DNA of 64,000 nt from Verrucomicrobiota bacterium. GTDB lineage: Bacteria > Verrucomicrobiota > Verrucomicrobiia > Limisphaerales > CANJSG01. The notes below the pieces were generated by a model, which was given only the letters and a program-made list of their open reading frames with translations, did not search any database and had not been told where the DNA came from. The stretch is from contig CANJSG010000003.1 of NCBI GenBank assembly GCA_947476875.1, positions 177 through 64,176 of the forward strand, given 5' to 3'. Below are positions 8,217 through 16,570 of the stretch, piece by piece; the first letter of the stretch is position 1; each line of letters opens with the position of its first letter. The translations under genes were made by a program, and so were the position numbers.

Positions 8217-8930
8217 TCAGTCGAGTTTGCGGACCCAGATGTTGCGGTAGCGGACGGGGTTGCCGTGGTTCTGGAGCATCAACGGTCCGGTGGGCGAGGC
8301 GCCGGTGAACTTGGCGGAGGTGGTGGCATCGCCCTTCACGGGAATGTGGTCCTGGGTGAGCACGCCGTTGTGCAACACGGTGAACGAGCCGGGTGCGACC
8401 TTGCCGTCGGCGTCGGGCTTGGGCGGGTGGAAGACGATGTCGTAGGTCTGCCATTCGCCGGGCTTGCGGCTGGCGTTCACGAGGGGCGCGCTGTTCAGGT
8501 AGAACGCGGAGGCCTGGCCGTTGGGGTAGGTCTTGTTGTTGTAGGAATCGAGCACCTGGATCTCGTAGCGGCCCTGGAAGTAGACGCCGCTGTTGCCGCG
8601 GCCCTGGCCTTCGCCCTTCACCTCGGCGGGCGTGGCCCATTCGATGTGCAGCTGGATGGCGCCGAACTCCTGCTTGGTCAGGATGCCCTTCACGGCGACT
8701 TCGGCGTAGCCGTTCTCGATCTTCCACTTCGGCTCGCTGCCGTCCTCGCTCTTCCAGTTGGAGAGGTCCTTGCCGTCGAAGAGCACGATCGCGTCGGACG
8801 GGGGCGCACCGGCGGTGCCGGGCGTGATCACGGTGGGCTCCGGCTGCTTGGCGGCGGGCGCGGCGGCAAAGGAGATGGCGGCCAGCGACACAAGCGCGAG
8901 GCCGGCGAGGGTATGGGGCAATGTTTTCAT
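8217..8930 (-). CDS. DUF1080 (3-keto-disaccharide hydrolase-like) domain protein, secreted
   Basis: Signal peptide from the internal ATG (MKTLPHTLAGLALVSLAAISFA). Typical DUF1080 features: NWK...W.IENG...E.QVLD...YRNIWVRKL. Confidence 0.8.
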   Translation of the reverse strand: MKTLPHTLAGLALVSLAAISFAAAPAAKQPEPTVITPGTAGAPPSDAIVLFDGKDLSNWKSEDGSEPKWKIENGYAEVAVKGILTKQEFGAIQLHIEWATPAEVKGEGQGRGNSGVYFQGRYEIQVLDSYNNKTYPNGQASAFYLNSAPLVNASRKPGEWQTYDIVFHPPKPDADGKVAPGSFTVLHNGVLTQDHIPVKGDATTSAKFTGASPTGPLMLQNHGNPVRYRNIWVRKLD

Positions 8931-9008
8931 GATGGGACGGGATTCGAGGGACGTGATGCGATCTTTCCTCAAAGGCTTGTCCGGTCAAGCGCGCGCTGCC
9001 CGTCGCCG

Positions 9009-10046
9009 TCAGACGCGTTCCAGTTTGATCGGATGGGTTTTTCCCGAGGCGAACTGCGCGACGTAGAGACCGCCTTCGGAATCGACCGCGAGGTCGTGCG
9101 GGTGGCGGAAGACTTCTTCCTTGTGCGCCATGGGCCGGAGCTTGCCGGAATCATCGTAGCCCGGCGCAGTGCCGGCGATGTTCGAGACGACACGCAGCGA
9201 GCGGTCGAGCACCGAGATGAAGCCGCGGCAGTCGCGGTCCTTGGGCCAGTTGTCGCCGAGGTGCGCGACGAAGTAGTGGTCTTTCACACGGCGGATCTGG
9301 CGCGGGTTTCCACCGGGCAGTTCGACTTGGCCGAGCTTCTTGCCATCGGTCGACAATCGCAGGAGGTGTTGTTGGTCGCTCATGGCGATGAGCAGCGTGT
9401 CTTCCCCGGACGCCGTGCGGTCGATCATGCCTCCGTGCGGTCCCCAGTGGACGATGCCGCCTTCCGCGCCGCCGAAAATGCGGACAAATTTTCCGTCCGG
9501 CCCGTAGTGCAGGATGTAGTCGCGCCCGTAGCCATCGAGGACGAAGAACCCGCCGTCCGGCAGATGCAGCGTCCAGGAAGGTTTGTAGTCGGTTTCTTTG
9601 GGATACTTGCCGGTGTCCTTGGGCAACGGCCATTCGTCGAGAAGGGTGCCGTCGAGCGTGGCCTTGACGACGAGGTGGCGATTCAGATCGGTGATGAAGA
9701 GAACTTCGCGCGCGCCTTCGGTGACAAGCGAGAGGCCGTGCGCGCCGGGGAAAGCGGTGCCCCACTTGTGCACGAGCCGGCCCTTGCGGTCGTAGACGAT
9801 GACGTTGTTCTTCGTTTCGTTCGTCAGCAGGACGATGTGGCCTTCGCGGTCGATGGCGAGGCCGTGGCAATCGTTGACCGGCGTGCCTTCGCCGAGATCG
9901 CCCCAGCCGGGCACGACGCGGTAACGGAATTCTCCCTGACCGAGCACGGGACTTTCCGCCGCTCGGACATGCGGGAACGAGAGGGTCGCCGTGGCGGCGG
10001 TCATCACGCTGCGACGGAGGAACGAGCGGCGGGAAAGGGTCTTCAT
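9009..10046 (-). CDS. Tat-exported six-bladed beta-propeller (NHL-repeat / amidating-lyase-like) protein
   Basis: Twin-arginine signal MKTLSRRSFLRRSV from the ATG at 10046. Repeated propeller-like segments are present (HGLAIDREGHIVL, PHDLAVDSEGGLYVAQ). Confidence 0.7.
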   Translation of the reverse strand: MKTLSRRSFLRRSVMTAATATLSFPHVRAAESPVLGQGEFRYRVVPGWGDLGEGTPVNDCHGLAIDREGHIVLLTNETKNNVIVYDRKGRLVHKWGTAFPGAHGLSLVTEGAREVLFITDLNRHLVVKATLDGTLLDEWPLPKDTGKYPKETDYKPSWTLHLPDGGFFVLDGYGRDYILHYGPDGKFVRIFGGAEGGIVHWGPHGGMIDRTASGEDTLLIAMSDQQHLLRLSTDGKKLGQVELPGGNPRQIRRVKDHYFVAHLGDNWPKDRDCRGFISVLDRSLRVVSNIAGTAPGYDDSGKLRPMAHKEEVFRHPHDLAVDSEGGLYVAQFASGKTHPIKLERV

Positions 10047-10167
10047 GGCTGGTGGGAACGGTCTACCAAGCGCTGTCGTCCAGCACAACGTCCCGCCCGC
10101 TGGATTTGCGGCTCGTCTCCCGACTCGGGCAAAGCCACCTTCACGCATCCGCCCCGTCACCATTTCC

Positions 10168-11433
10168 ATGAGACCCCTGCTCATCAGTTCGATCTGCCTC
10201 GCCTTGGCTCCGCTCTCCCACGCGGCCGATGGCTTCAAGGCCTTCAGCTTCCGCGCGATTCCTGGAGGCGCGGCGACCGCTGTCCGCCCGGACGCGGTCT
10301 ACTCCGAAGCGTCCGGGTTTGGCTTCGAGCCTGCGACCGCAGGATCTGCGGACGGCTCCGCGAACTTCACCAGCAACCCGAAGCCGTTCCTGTTTTCGGT
10401 GGCGCTGCCCGAGGGAAACTACCACGTAGACGTGACGTTCGGCGACGCGGCCGATGCGTCCGTCACCACGGTGAAGGCCGAGTGCCGGCGCCTGATGCTG
10501 GAGAACGTCGCCGTGGCCAAGGGCGCTTCGATCACGCGGAGCTTCACGGTCAACATCCGCACCCCGGCCATCGCCGGCGGTGATCCCGTGAAACTCAAGC
10601 CGCGCGAGAAGGATTCCCTCCATTGGGACAATCGCCTGACGCTGGAATTCAGCGGTGCCCGGCCCGCCGTCCAGTCGCTCACCATTGCGCCCGCGACGAA
10701 CGCGGTGACGCTTTTCCTTCTCGGCGATTCCACGGTCACCGACCAGCCGCGCGAGCCCTTCAACAGCTGGGGCCAGATGCTGACGCAGTTCTTCAAGCCG
10801 GGACTGGCCGTGGCCAACTACGCCGAGTCCGGCGAATCACTCCGCAGTTCGCGCGGCGCCCGGCGCCTCGCAAAGGTCCTCAGCGTGATCCGCCCGGGCG
10901 ACGTCGCCTTCATCCAATTCGGCCACAACGATCAGAAGGAAAAAGGCGAAGGCATCGGCGCATTCACCAGCTACAAGACGGACCTCAAACACTACGTGGC
11001 CGAACTCCGCAAACGCGGCGGCCAACCTGTGCCGGTCACTTCCGTGCAACGCCGGAACTTCAACGCCGAAGGCCGCATCGTCAGCAATCTGGGCGACTAC
11101 CCGGAAGCCGTCCGGCAAGTGGCGCGCGAGGAGTCGGTGCCGTTGATCGACCTGCACGCCATGAGCAAGCCGCTCTATGAAGCATTGGAGGCGCACGGAA
11201 AGGACTATTCCAAGAAGGCCTTCGCGCCCGGTGACAACACGCACCACAACAACTACGGCAGTTACCAGCTCGCCAAATGCATCGTCGAAGGGATCAAGGC
11301 GGCGAAGCTCGACGTGGCCAAATTCCTCGTCGACGACTTCGCGGCCTTCGATCCCGCCAAGCCCGATCCGGTGGATGGGTTCAAGGTTCCCACCAGTCCA
11401 GTGGCAACGGCCTTGAAACTGGATGGAAACTGA
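10168..11433 (+). CDS. SGNH/GDSL hydrolase, rhamnogalacturonan acetylesterase-like, with an N-terminal extra domain
   Basis: Signal peptide from the ATG at 10168. GDS block (FLLGDSTV), GHND block, and C-terminal D..H block (GDNTHHNNYG). Confidence 0.75.
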   Translation: MRPLLISSICLALAPLSHAADGFKAFSFRAIPGGAATAVRPDAVYSEASGFGFEPATAGSADGSANFTSNPKPFLFSVALPEGNYHVDVTFGDAADASVTTVKAECRRLMLENVAVAKGASITRSFTVNIRTPAIAGGDPVKLKPREKDSLHWDNRLTLEFSGARPAVQSLTIAPATNAVTLFLLGDSTVTDQPREPFNSWGQMLTQFFKPGLAVANYAESGESLRSSRGARRLAKVLSVIRPGDVAFIQFGHNDQKEKGEGIGAFTSYKTDLKHYVAELRKRGGQPVPVTSVQRRNFNAEGRIVSNLGDYPEAVRQVAREESVPLIDLHAMSKPLYEALEAHGKDYSKKAFAPGDNTHHNNYGSYQLAKCIVEGIKAAKLDVAKFLVDDFAAFDPAKPDPVDGFKVPTSPVATALKLDGN

Positions 11434-11445
11434 TAGAGTCCGCCC

Positions 11446-12279
11446 ATGAAACATTCACTTCCTCACATCGTCGCGCTGCTGGCTCTGCTGGTTTTGCCGG
11501 CGGCGTTTGCGGCCCCGCCCACACCGGTCGAAGTCCACGGTGCGCTCCGCGTCGAAGGCAACCGCATCGTCGGGCGCGATGGAAAACCCGCCGTGCTCAA
11601 GGGCATGTCGTTCTTCTGGAGCCAATGGCAGGGCCAGTTCTACAACAGCAACGTCGTCCATTGGCTGCGCGACGACTGGAACTGCTCGGTCGTCCGCGCC
11701 GCCGTCGGCGTCTCATCCGACGGCGTGCTCGGCAACCGCGAACGTGAAACCGCCAAGGCCAAGGCCGTCATTCAGGCGGCCGTCGACCGCGGCATGTATG
11801 TCATCGTCGACTGGCACGATCACAACGCCCACCAGCATCAGGCCGAGGCCATCGCGTTCTTCGAGGACATCGCCCGCACCTACGGCAAGCTGCCGAACAT
11901 CATCTACGAACCCTGGAACGAGCCCTTGAAGGACCACGATTGGAGCACGGTGATCAAGCCCTACCACGAAGCCGTCGTGGCCAGGATCCGCGCCATCGAC
12001 CCCGACAATCTCATCGTCCTCGGCACCCAGACGTGGTCGCAGGAAGTGGACAAGGCGTCCCGTGACCCGGTGAAGGGCACCAACCTCGCCTACACGCTCC
12101 ATTTCTACGCCGGCACCCACCGGGAATCCCTCCGCCAGAAAACCCGGACCGCGCTGGCCAATGGCGCGGCCATCTTTGTGACCGAATGGGGCACCGGCGA
12201 AGCCAACGGCGCGGGCAAGCTCGATCAAAACGAGACGCGTCTTTGGTGGCAGTTCATGGATCAAAACCGGCTCAGCTGA
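11446..12279 (+). CDS. glycoside hydrolase family 5 endoglucanase, ended prematurely by an in-frame TGA
   Basis: Signal peptide. Acid/base motif IYEPWNEP and nucleophile motif VTEWGTG. The ORF stops at ...MDQNRLS-TGA, where GH5 enzymes normally continue ...SW.NWS. Confidence 0.85.
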   Translation: MKHSLPHIVALLALLVLPAAFAAPPTPVEVHGALRVEGNRIVGRDGKPAVLKGMSFFWSQWQGQFYNSNVVHWLRDDWNCSVVRAAVGVSSDGVLGNRERETAKAKAVIQAAVDRGMYVIVDWHDHNAHQHQAEAIAFFEDIARTYGKLPNIIYEPWNEPLKDHDWSTVIKPYHEAVVARIRAIDPDNLIVLGTQTWSQEVDKASRDPVKGTNLAYTLHFYAGTHRESLRQKTRTALANGAAIFVTEWGTGEANGAGKLDQNETRLWWQFMDQNRLS

Positions 12280-12435
12280 TGCAACTGGTCGATCGCCGAC
12301 AAAAACGAAACCACCGCCGCGCTCCTTCCCAAGGCCAACCCGCTCGGCCGCTGGCCAACCAACGAGATCAGCCTCTCCGGCCTGCTTGTGCGCGGCGAAC
12401 TGAAGCGCGGTATCCCGGACCGGGCCACTCCATGA
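12280..12435 (+). pseudogene. in-frame 51-codon continuation of the GH5 gene after the internal TGA
   Basis: Same frame as 11446..12279. It translates to CNWSIADKNETTAALLPKANPLGRWPTNEISLSGLLVRGELKRGIPDRATP*, which is GH5 C-terminal-like (NWS..DK.E). GC3 stays high. Confidence 0.6.
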
Positions 12436-12488
12436 GTGTATTCACGCTTGGTTTCTCGGTTCGTCGCTCGAGGCTCTAAGTTTGGCCT

Positions 12489-15359
12489 TTGGCCTTCGCG
12501 CTTCGTCATTCCCCAACGCATCGGTTGCCGCAGGACCGTCTGGCCTGTATCGGTCCGTCGCTGACAAACCACCCGACATCTTCCGGCCCGGAAAACTCCG
12601 GACGCGGCGCCATCCTTTGGCTGCTGCTCCGGCGTTTCAGTCTGCGGCATTGGAAGGAGGCGCCGTGGCAGTCCGGCCTGCTCGTCCTCATCCTCGCGCT
12701 CGGCGTCGCCGTCTACTTCTCCATCCGCCTCGCCAACCGCGCGGTCCTCGCCAGCTTCCGCAACTTCACCGACCTCATCACCGAGCAGAGCGACTGGATC
12801 CTGAAAAGCCCGGCCGGCGAATTGAACGATACGATCCTGCCCGAGCTGCGGCGCGCGCTCGGGTCCGAACCGGTCCACCTCGTTCCCATCGCCGAGACCA
12901 CCGCCACCGAACCGCCGTCCTCGCCCGATGAACCCATCGGCCAGCGGCGCACGTATCAGATCCTCGGCGTCGACCTCATCGGCATCCAGAACGTGCGCTC
13001 GGCCGCGAAGTCCTCCGTGACGTCCGCCACCGCGCAGCGTTCTTGGTTCAATCAATCCGCCGCATCGCCCGGCTCGGTGACCAACCGGTTCTGGGAACTC
13101 TTCAACCATCCGCGCGCCGTCTTCATCAGCGAAGCCCTGGCCCGCGAGAAGGCGTTGCAGGTCGGCGGTTCGTTCGCCGTGCTCGTGAACGAAGCCGTCA
13201 TCCGCCTCGAAGTCGCCGGCGTCATTCCCGAAAGCCCGGAGCGTCCCGCCGCGCCGGTGTCGATGCTCGTGATGAATCTTCCGGCGTTGCAGGCCTTGTC
13301 CGGGCGGGCGGACCGGATCGACCGTGTGGAGTTCATCCTGGAACCCGGCGGCGACCTCGATGCACGCCGCGCCGACGTGAAGCGCCTTCTCGACGAAGCG
13401 TCGCAGAGCCGTTGGCGCATCGAATCGCCCACGCAACGGCGTGAGAGCGGCGAGATGATGACGCGCGCGTTCCGGCTCAATCTCACCATCCTTTCGCTCA
13501 TCGCGCTGCTCGTCGGCCTTTACCTGATCTTCCAGGCGCTCGACGGCGCGGTCATCCGGCGGCGCGACGAGATCGGCATCCTGCGTTCGCTCGGCGTGGA
13601 GGAAGGGCTCATCCGCCAGGCGTGGCTCCTGGAGGCGGCGGCGCTGGGATTGGTCGGGGGAATCTTCGGCGCGGCGCTCGGCTGGGTCGGCGCGCAGGTC
13701 GCGGTGCGCGTCGTCGGGCAGACGGTCAACGCGCTCTACCACGCGACCTCCGCCCAATCGGCCGCGCTCACGCCCTCGGAACTGCTGCTCGCCGTCGCGC
13801 TCGCGGTGGTGGCCGGCGTTCTCGCCGGACTCGCTCCCGCGCAATCCGCCGCCACCACACCACCCGCTCAGCTGCTCGTGCGCGGCGGATTGCCCGCGCC
13901 CGGGCCGTGGGTGTTGCGCAGCCGATCGTTGGCGTTCGCTCTCGCGTTCATCGGGGTTGCGTTGGCGCTGCTGCCGCCGCTGCGTTTCGAGGGCGGGATT
14001 CGTTTTCCGCTGGGCGGTTATGGCGCGGCGCTGTGCTGGATCTTCAGCGGCGGCATCTTCGCGGGAGAATTGTTGCACCTCGTCTCGCGATGGTTGAGCG
14101 GCGGCAAGGCAGGTCGAGTCGCGCTGCGACTCGACGGGCAGCCGCAGCGCGGCTGGCCCCACCCCGAAGGCTCGACCGGAGCCTTCGCCCTCCCTTCTCG
14201 ATTCGACCTTGGTTCGCGCTCACCGCTTCTGCGCCTCGCCATCTCGCAGGTGCGTCCGCCGACGGGCCGGCATCGGCTGGCGGCGGCGAGCCTGTGCTGC
14301 GCGGTGGCCATGACGGCCGGCATGGCCATCCTTGTCGGCAGTTTCAGCACGACGATGCGTGGTTGGATCGAGCGGACCTTCGAGGCCGATCTCTACATGT
14401 CCAGCGCCGGCGCGCAGAGCGCGTCGACCGACAACCGCATCTCCACCACCGTCTGGAAGAAGATCGTCGACCGCCCCGACGTCCTCGCGGCGAATGTCAT
14501 CCAGGCCGGCGAAATTCGCCTGCCCGGTGGCCCGACCATGCTCGTCGGGGCCAGCATGGAGTTCGCCCAAAGCCACGCGCATCTCGCCTGGCAGAACCAG
14601 CCGTCGCCCGAAGACTTCGCCGCCGCCGTTCGGGGCGAGGTTGTCTTCGTCAGCGAGAGCTTCACGGAACGTTTCCAAAAGAAAGCCGGTGACACGCTCG
14701 AACTGCCGACGCCCTCCGGCCTGAAGCCCGTCCGCATCGCCGCCGTCTTCGCCGACTACGGCAACGAACGCGGCTCCATCGTGACCGAGCGCCTGCGGAT
14801 GACCGAATGGTTCGACGATGAACTCGCCAGCAGCATCATTCTCAAGCTGAAGCCCGGCGTGGAACCCGACCGCGTCCGCAGTGAACTCGTCGGTGAAAAC
14901 CCGGGCCTCTCCGTCTTCACGAACAGCCACATCCGCCGCGAGATTCTGCGCATCTTCCGCCAGACCTTCTCGATCACCTACGCGCTGGAGTTCATCGGCG
15001 TGACCGTTGCCGTCATCGGCCTCGCCATGACGCTCGCCAGCCTGCTGCTGCAACGCCGCAACGAACTGACAACCCTGCGTGCGCTCGGCATGACACATCC
15101 CGAGATCGCTCGGGCCATGGCGGTGGAAGGATTGCTGACCGCGTCCGCCGGACTCGCCGCCGGACTGGTCACGAGTCTCGCGCTGGGATGGCTCCTGATC
15201 TTCGTCATCAACAAACAGACCTTCGGCTGGACGCTCCAGGCCGATCTGCCGCTGCTCGAACTGGCCGCGCTCGGCGCGCTGGTGTTGGCGGCCGGAAGCG
15301 GAGTTGGACTTCTGGTGGGACGCTGGGGCGCGGCGTTGCCGGCGGATCGGGAGGAGTGA
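12489..15359 (+). CDS. ABC transporter permease with two FtsX/MacB-type domains
   Basis: About 950 aa, with two blocks of TM helices each preceded by a large extracytoplasmic region, which is typical FtsX-like architecture. The only in-frame starts near the 5' end are TTG codons, so the start is uncertain. Confidence 0.8.
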   Translation: MAFALRHSPTHRLPQDRLACIGPSLTNHPTSSGPENSGRGAILWLLLRRFSLRHWKEAPWQSGLLVLILALGVAVYFSIRLANRAVLASFRNFTDLITEQSDWILKSPAGELNDTILPELRRALGSEPVHLVPIAETTATEPPSSPDEPIGQRRTYQILGVDLIGIQNVRSAAKSSVTSATAQRSWFNQSAASPGSVTNRFWELFNHPRAVFISEALAREKALQVGGSFAVLVNEAVIRLEVAGVIPESPERPAAPVSMLVMNLPALQALSGRADRIDRVEFILEPGGDLDARRADVKRLLDEASQSRWRIESPTQRRESGEMMTRAFRLNLTILSLIALLVGLYLIFQALDGAVIRRRDEIGILRSLGVEEGLIRQAWLLEAAALGLVGGIFGAALGWVGAQVAVRVVGQTVNALYHATSAQSAALTPSELLLAVALAVVAGVLAGLAPAQSAATTPPAQLLVRGGLPAPGPWVLRSRSLAFALAFIGVALALLPPLRFEGGIRFPLGGYGAALCWIFSGGIFAGELLHLVSRWLSGGKAGRVALRLDGQPQRGWPHPEGSTGAFALPSRFDLGSRSPLLRLAISQVRPPTGRHRLAAASLCCAVAMTAGMAILVGSFSTTMRGWIERTFEADLYMSSAGAQSASTDNRISTTVWKKIVDRPDVLAANVIQAGEIRLPGGPTMLVGASMEFAQSHAHLAWQNQPSPEDFAAAVRGEVVFVSESFTERFQKKAGDTLELPTPSGLKPVRIAAVFADYGNERGSIVTERLRMTEWFDDELASSIILKLKPGVEPDRVRSELVGENPGLSVFTNSHIRREILRIFRQTFSITYALEFIGVTVAVIGLAMTLASLLLQRRNELTTLRALGMTHPEIARAMAVEGLLTASAGLAAGLVTSLALGWLLIFVINKQTFGWTLQADLPLLELAALGALVLAAGSGVGLLVGRWGAALPADREE

Positions 15360-15370
15360 TTGGGAGGACC

Positions 15371-16510
15371 ATGAACATTCAACATCGAACATCAAACACC
15401 TGTTGGTTGTTCCCACTCCTTCTCTTCCTCGTTCTCCCGCTCGCGTCCTCGGCGGCAATTCCACTGACCACATCCGATGGCTTCGCCGTGCCCCAGCCGG
15501 GCCGGAAGTTCGTCTTCCCGCGCGATCACGGCAGCCATCCCGAGTTCAAGATCGAGTGGTGGTATGTCACCGGGCATCTCTTCGCGAAGGACGGACGCCG
15601 CTTCGGTTATCAGGCGACTTTCTTCCGGCGTTCCGCGCCGCGCCGCGCCACAAACGAGCCCAACACGGACCAGCTCTACCTCGCGCACATGGCGTTGCTC
15701 GACGAACGTTCGGGGAAGTTCCTCCACCAGGAACGCATCAACCGCGCCGGCTGGGATGCGGGTTCGGCGACCAACGGCCTCGACGTGTTCAACGGCCCGT
15801 GGCGCCTGACGATGCCCGATCCAAAGTCCGAGACGATGACGCTCGCCGGTGGCGTCCGGGCCGAAACGGCGTTCTCACTGACGCTGAAACCGACCAAGCC
15901 GCTCGTGGTTTTCGGGATTGATGCGGTTTCCAGAAAGGGCGCGGATCCCACGGCCGCGAGCCATTACCTGACGTTCACGCGGCTGGAGACGACCGGCACG
16001 CTGCGGCTCGGCGCGGAGACGATCGCCGTCACGGGGCTCTCGTGGATGGACCACGAGATCAGCTCCAGCCAACTCGACGGCGCGCAGGTCGGCTGGGATT
16101 GGACGGCGGTGCAGTTCGACGACGGGACCGAGCTGATGATCTACGTCCTGCGGCGGAAGGACGGTTCCATCGACCGCTTCTCCACGTTGGCCCATGTCGA
16201 CCGCGAAGGCCGCGTGAAACAGGTTCCGGCGGACCAGTTCGGCTGGAAGCCGGCGGGTCAATGGAAGAGCCCGGCGACCGGCGGCGTGTATCCGGCCGGC
16301 ATCGAGATCCGCGTGCCGGAAGGATACGGACCCGAGCGCGTGCTCCGGCTCGAACCGCTCGCCGCCGCGCAGGAACTCACGGGCGACTTGGGAGGAATCT
16401 CGTATTGGGAAGGCGCCTGCCGCGTGCGCAACACGGCTGGCAAGGTGGTCGGCTCCGCCTTCCTGGAGCTTACTGGCTACAGCGACGGCCTAGCGGATCG
16501 GATGAGGTAA
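15371..16510 (+). CDS. lipocalin-like domain protein (AttH / CrtC hydratase-like)
   Basis: ATG at 15371 with a signal peptide. HPEFKIEWWYVTGHL and YWEG motifs are typical of the AttH/CrtC family. It lies directly downstream of the FtsX permease. Confidence 0.75.
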   Translation: MNIQHRTSNTCWLFPLLLFLVLPLASSAAIPLTTSDGFAVPQPGRKFVFPRDHGSHPEFKIEWWYVTGHLFAKDGRRFGYQATFFRRSAPRRATNEPNTDQLYLAHMALLDERSGKFLHQERINRAGWDAGSATNGLDVFNGPWRLTMPDPKSETMTLAGGVRAETAFSLTLKPTKPLVVFGIDAVSRKGADPTAASHYLTFTRLETTGTLRLGAETIAVTGLSWMDHEISSSQLDGAQVGWDWTAVQFDDGTELMIYVLRRKDGSIDRFSTLAHVDREGRVKQVPADQFGWKPAGQWKSPATGGVYPAGIEIRVPEGYGPERVLRLEPLAAAQELTGDLGGISYWEGACRVRNTAGKVVGSAFLELTGYSDGLADRMR

Positions 16511-16570
16511 ATGGCCGTCTGAAACGGATGCTGGAGCGGCGGACAGCACCTGATACGTTGTCGCGACGTT

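Noticed and set aside
8073-10583. Very long alternative-frame or antisense ORFs (for example 8073..10583 +, 12261..14162 -, 17405..18904 -, 30720..32942 +, 35844..37157 -, 58282..59874 -, 61806..63392 -)
   Set aside because: They overlap genes with clear family motifs. Their translations are Arg/Gly/Ala/Pro-rich low-complexity sequence, and they lack the GC3 bias of the real frames. These are typical shadow ORFs of high-GC DNA.
12277-12279. Genome-wide TGA-to-Trp recoding as an explanation for the GH5 internal stop
   Set aside because: Many well-defined genes in the window (era, the SET gene, the second M16 peptidase gene, efp, sdhA and others) terminate at TGA at the expected protein ends. 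TGA therefore functions as a stop here.
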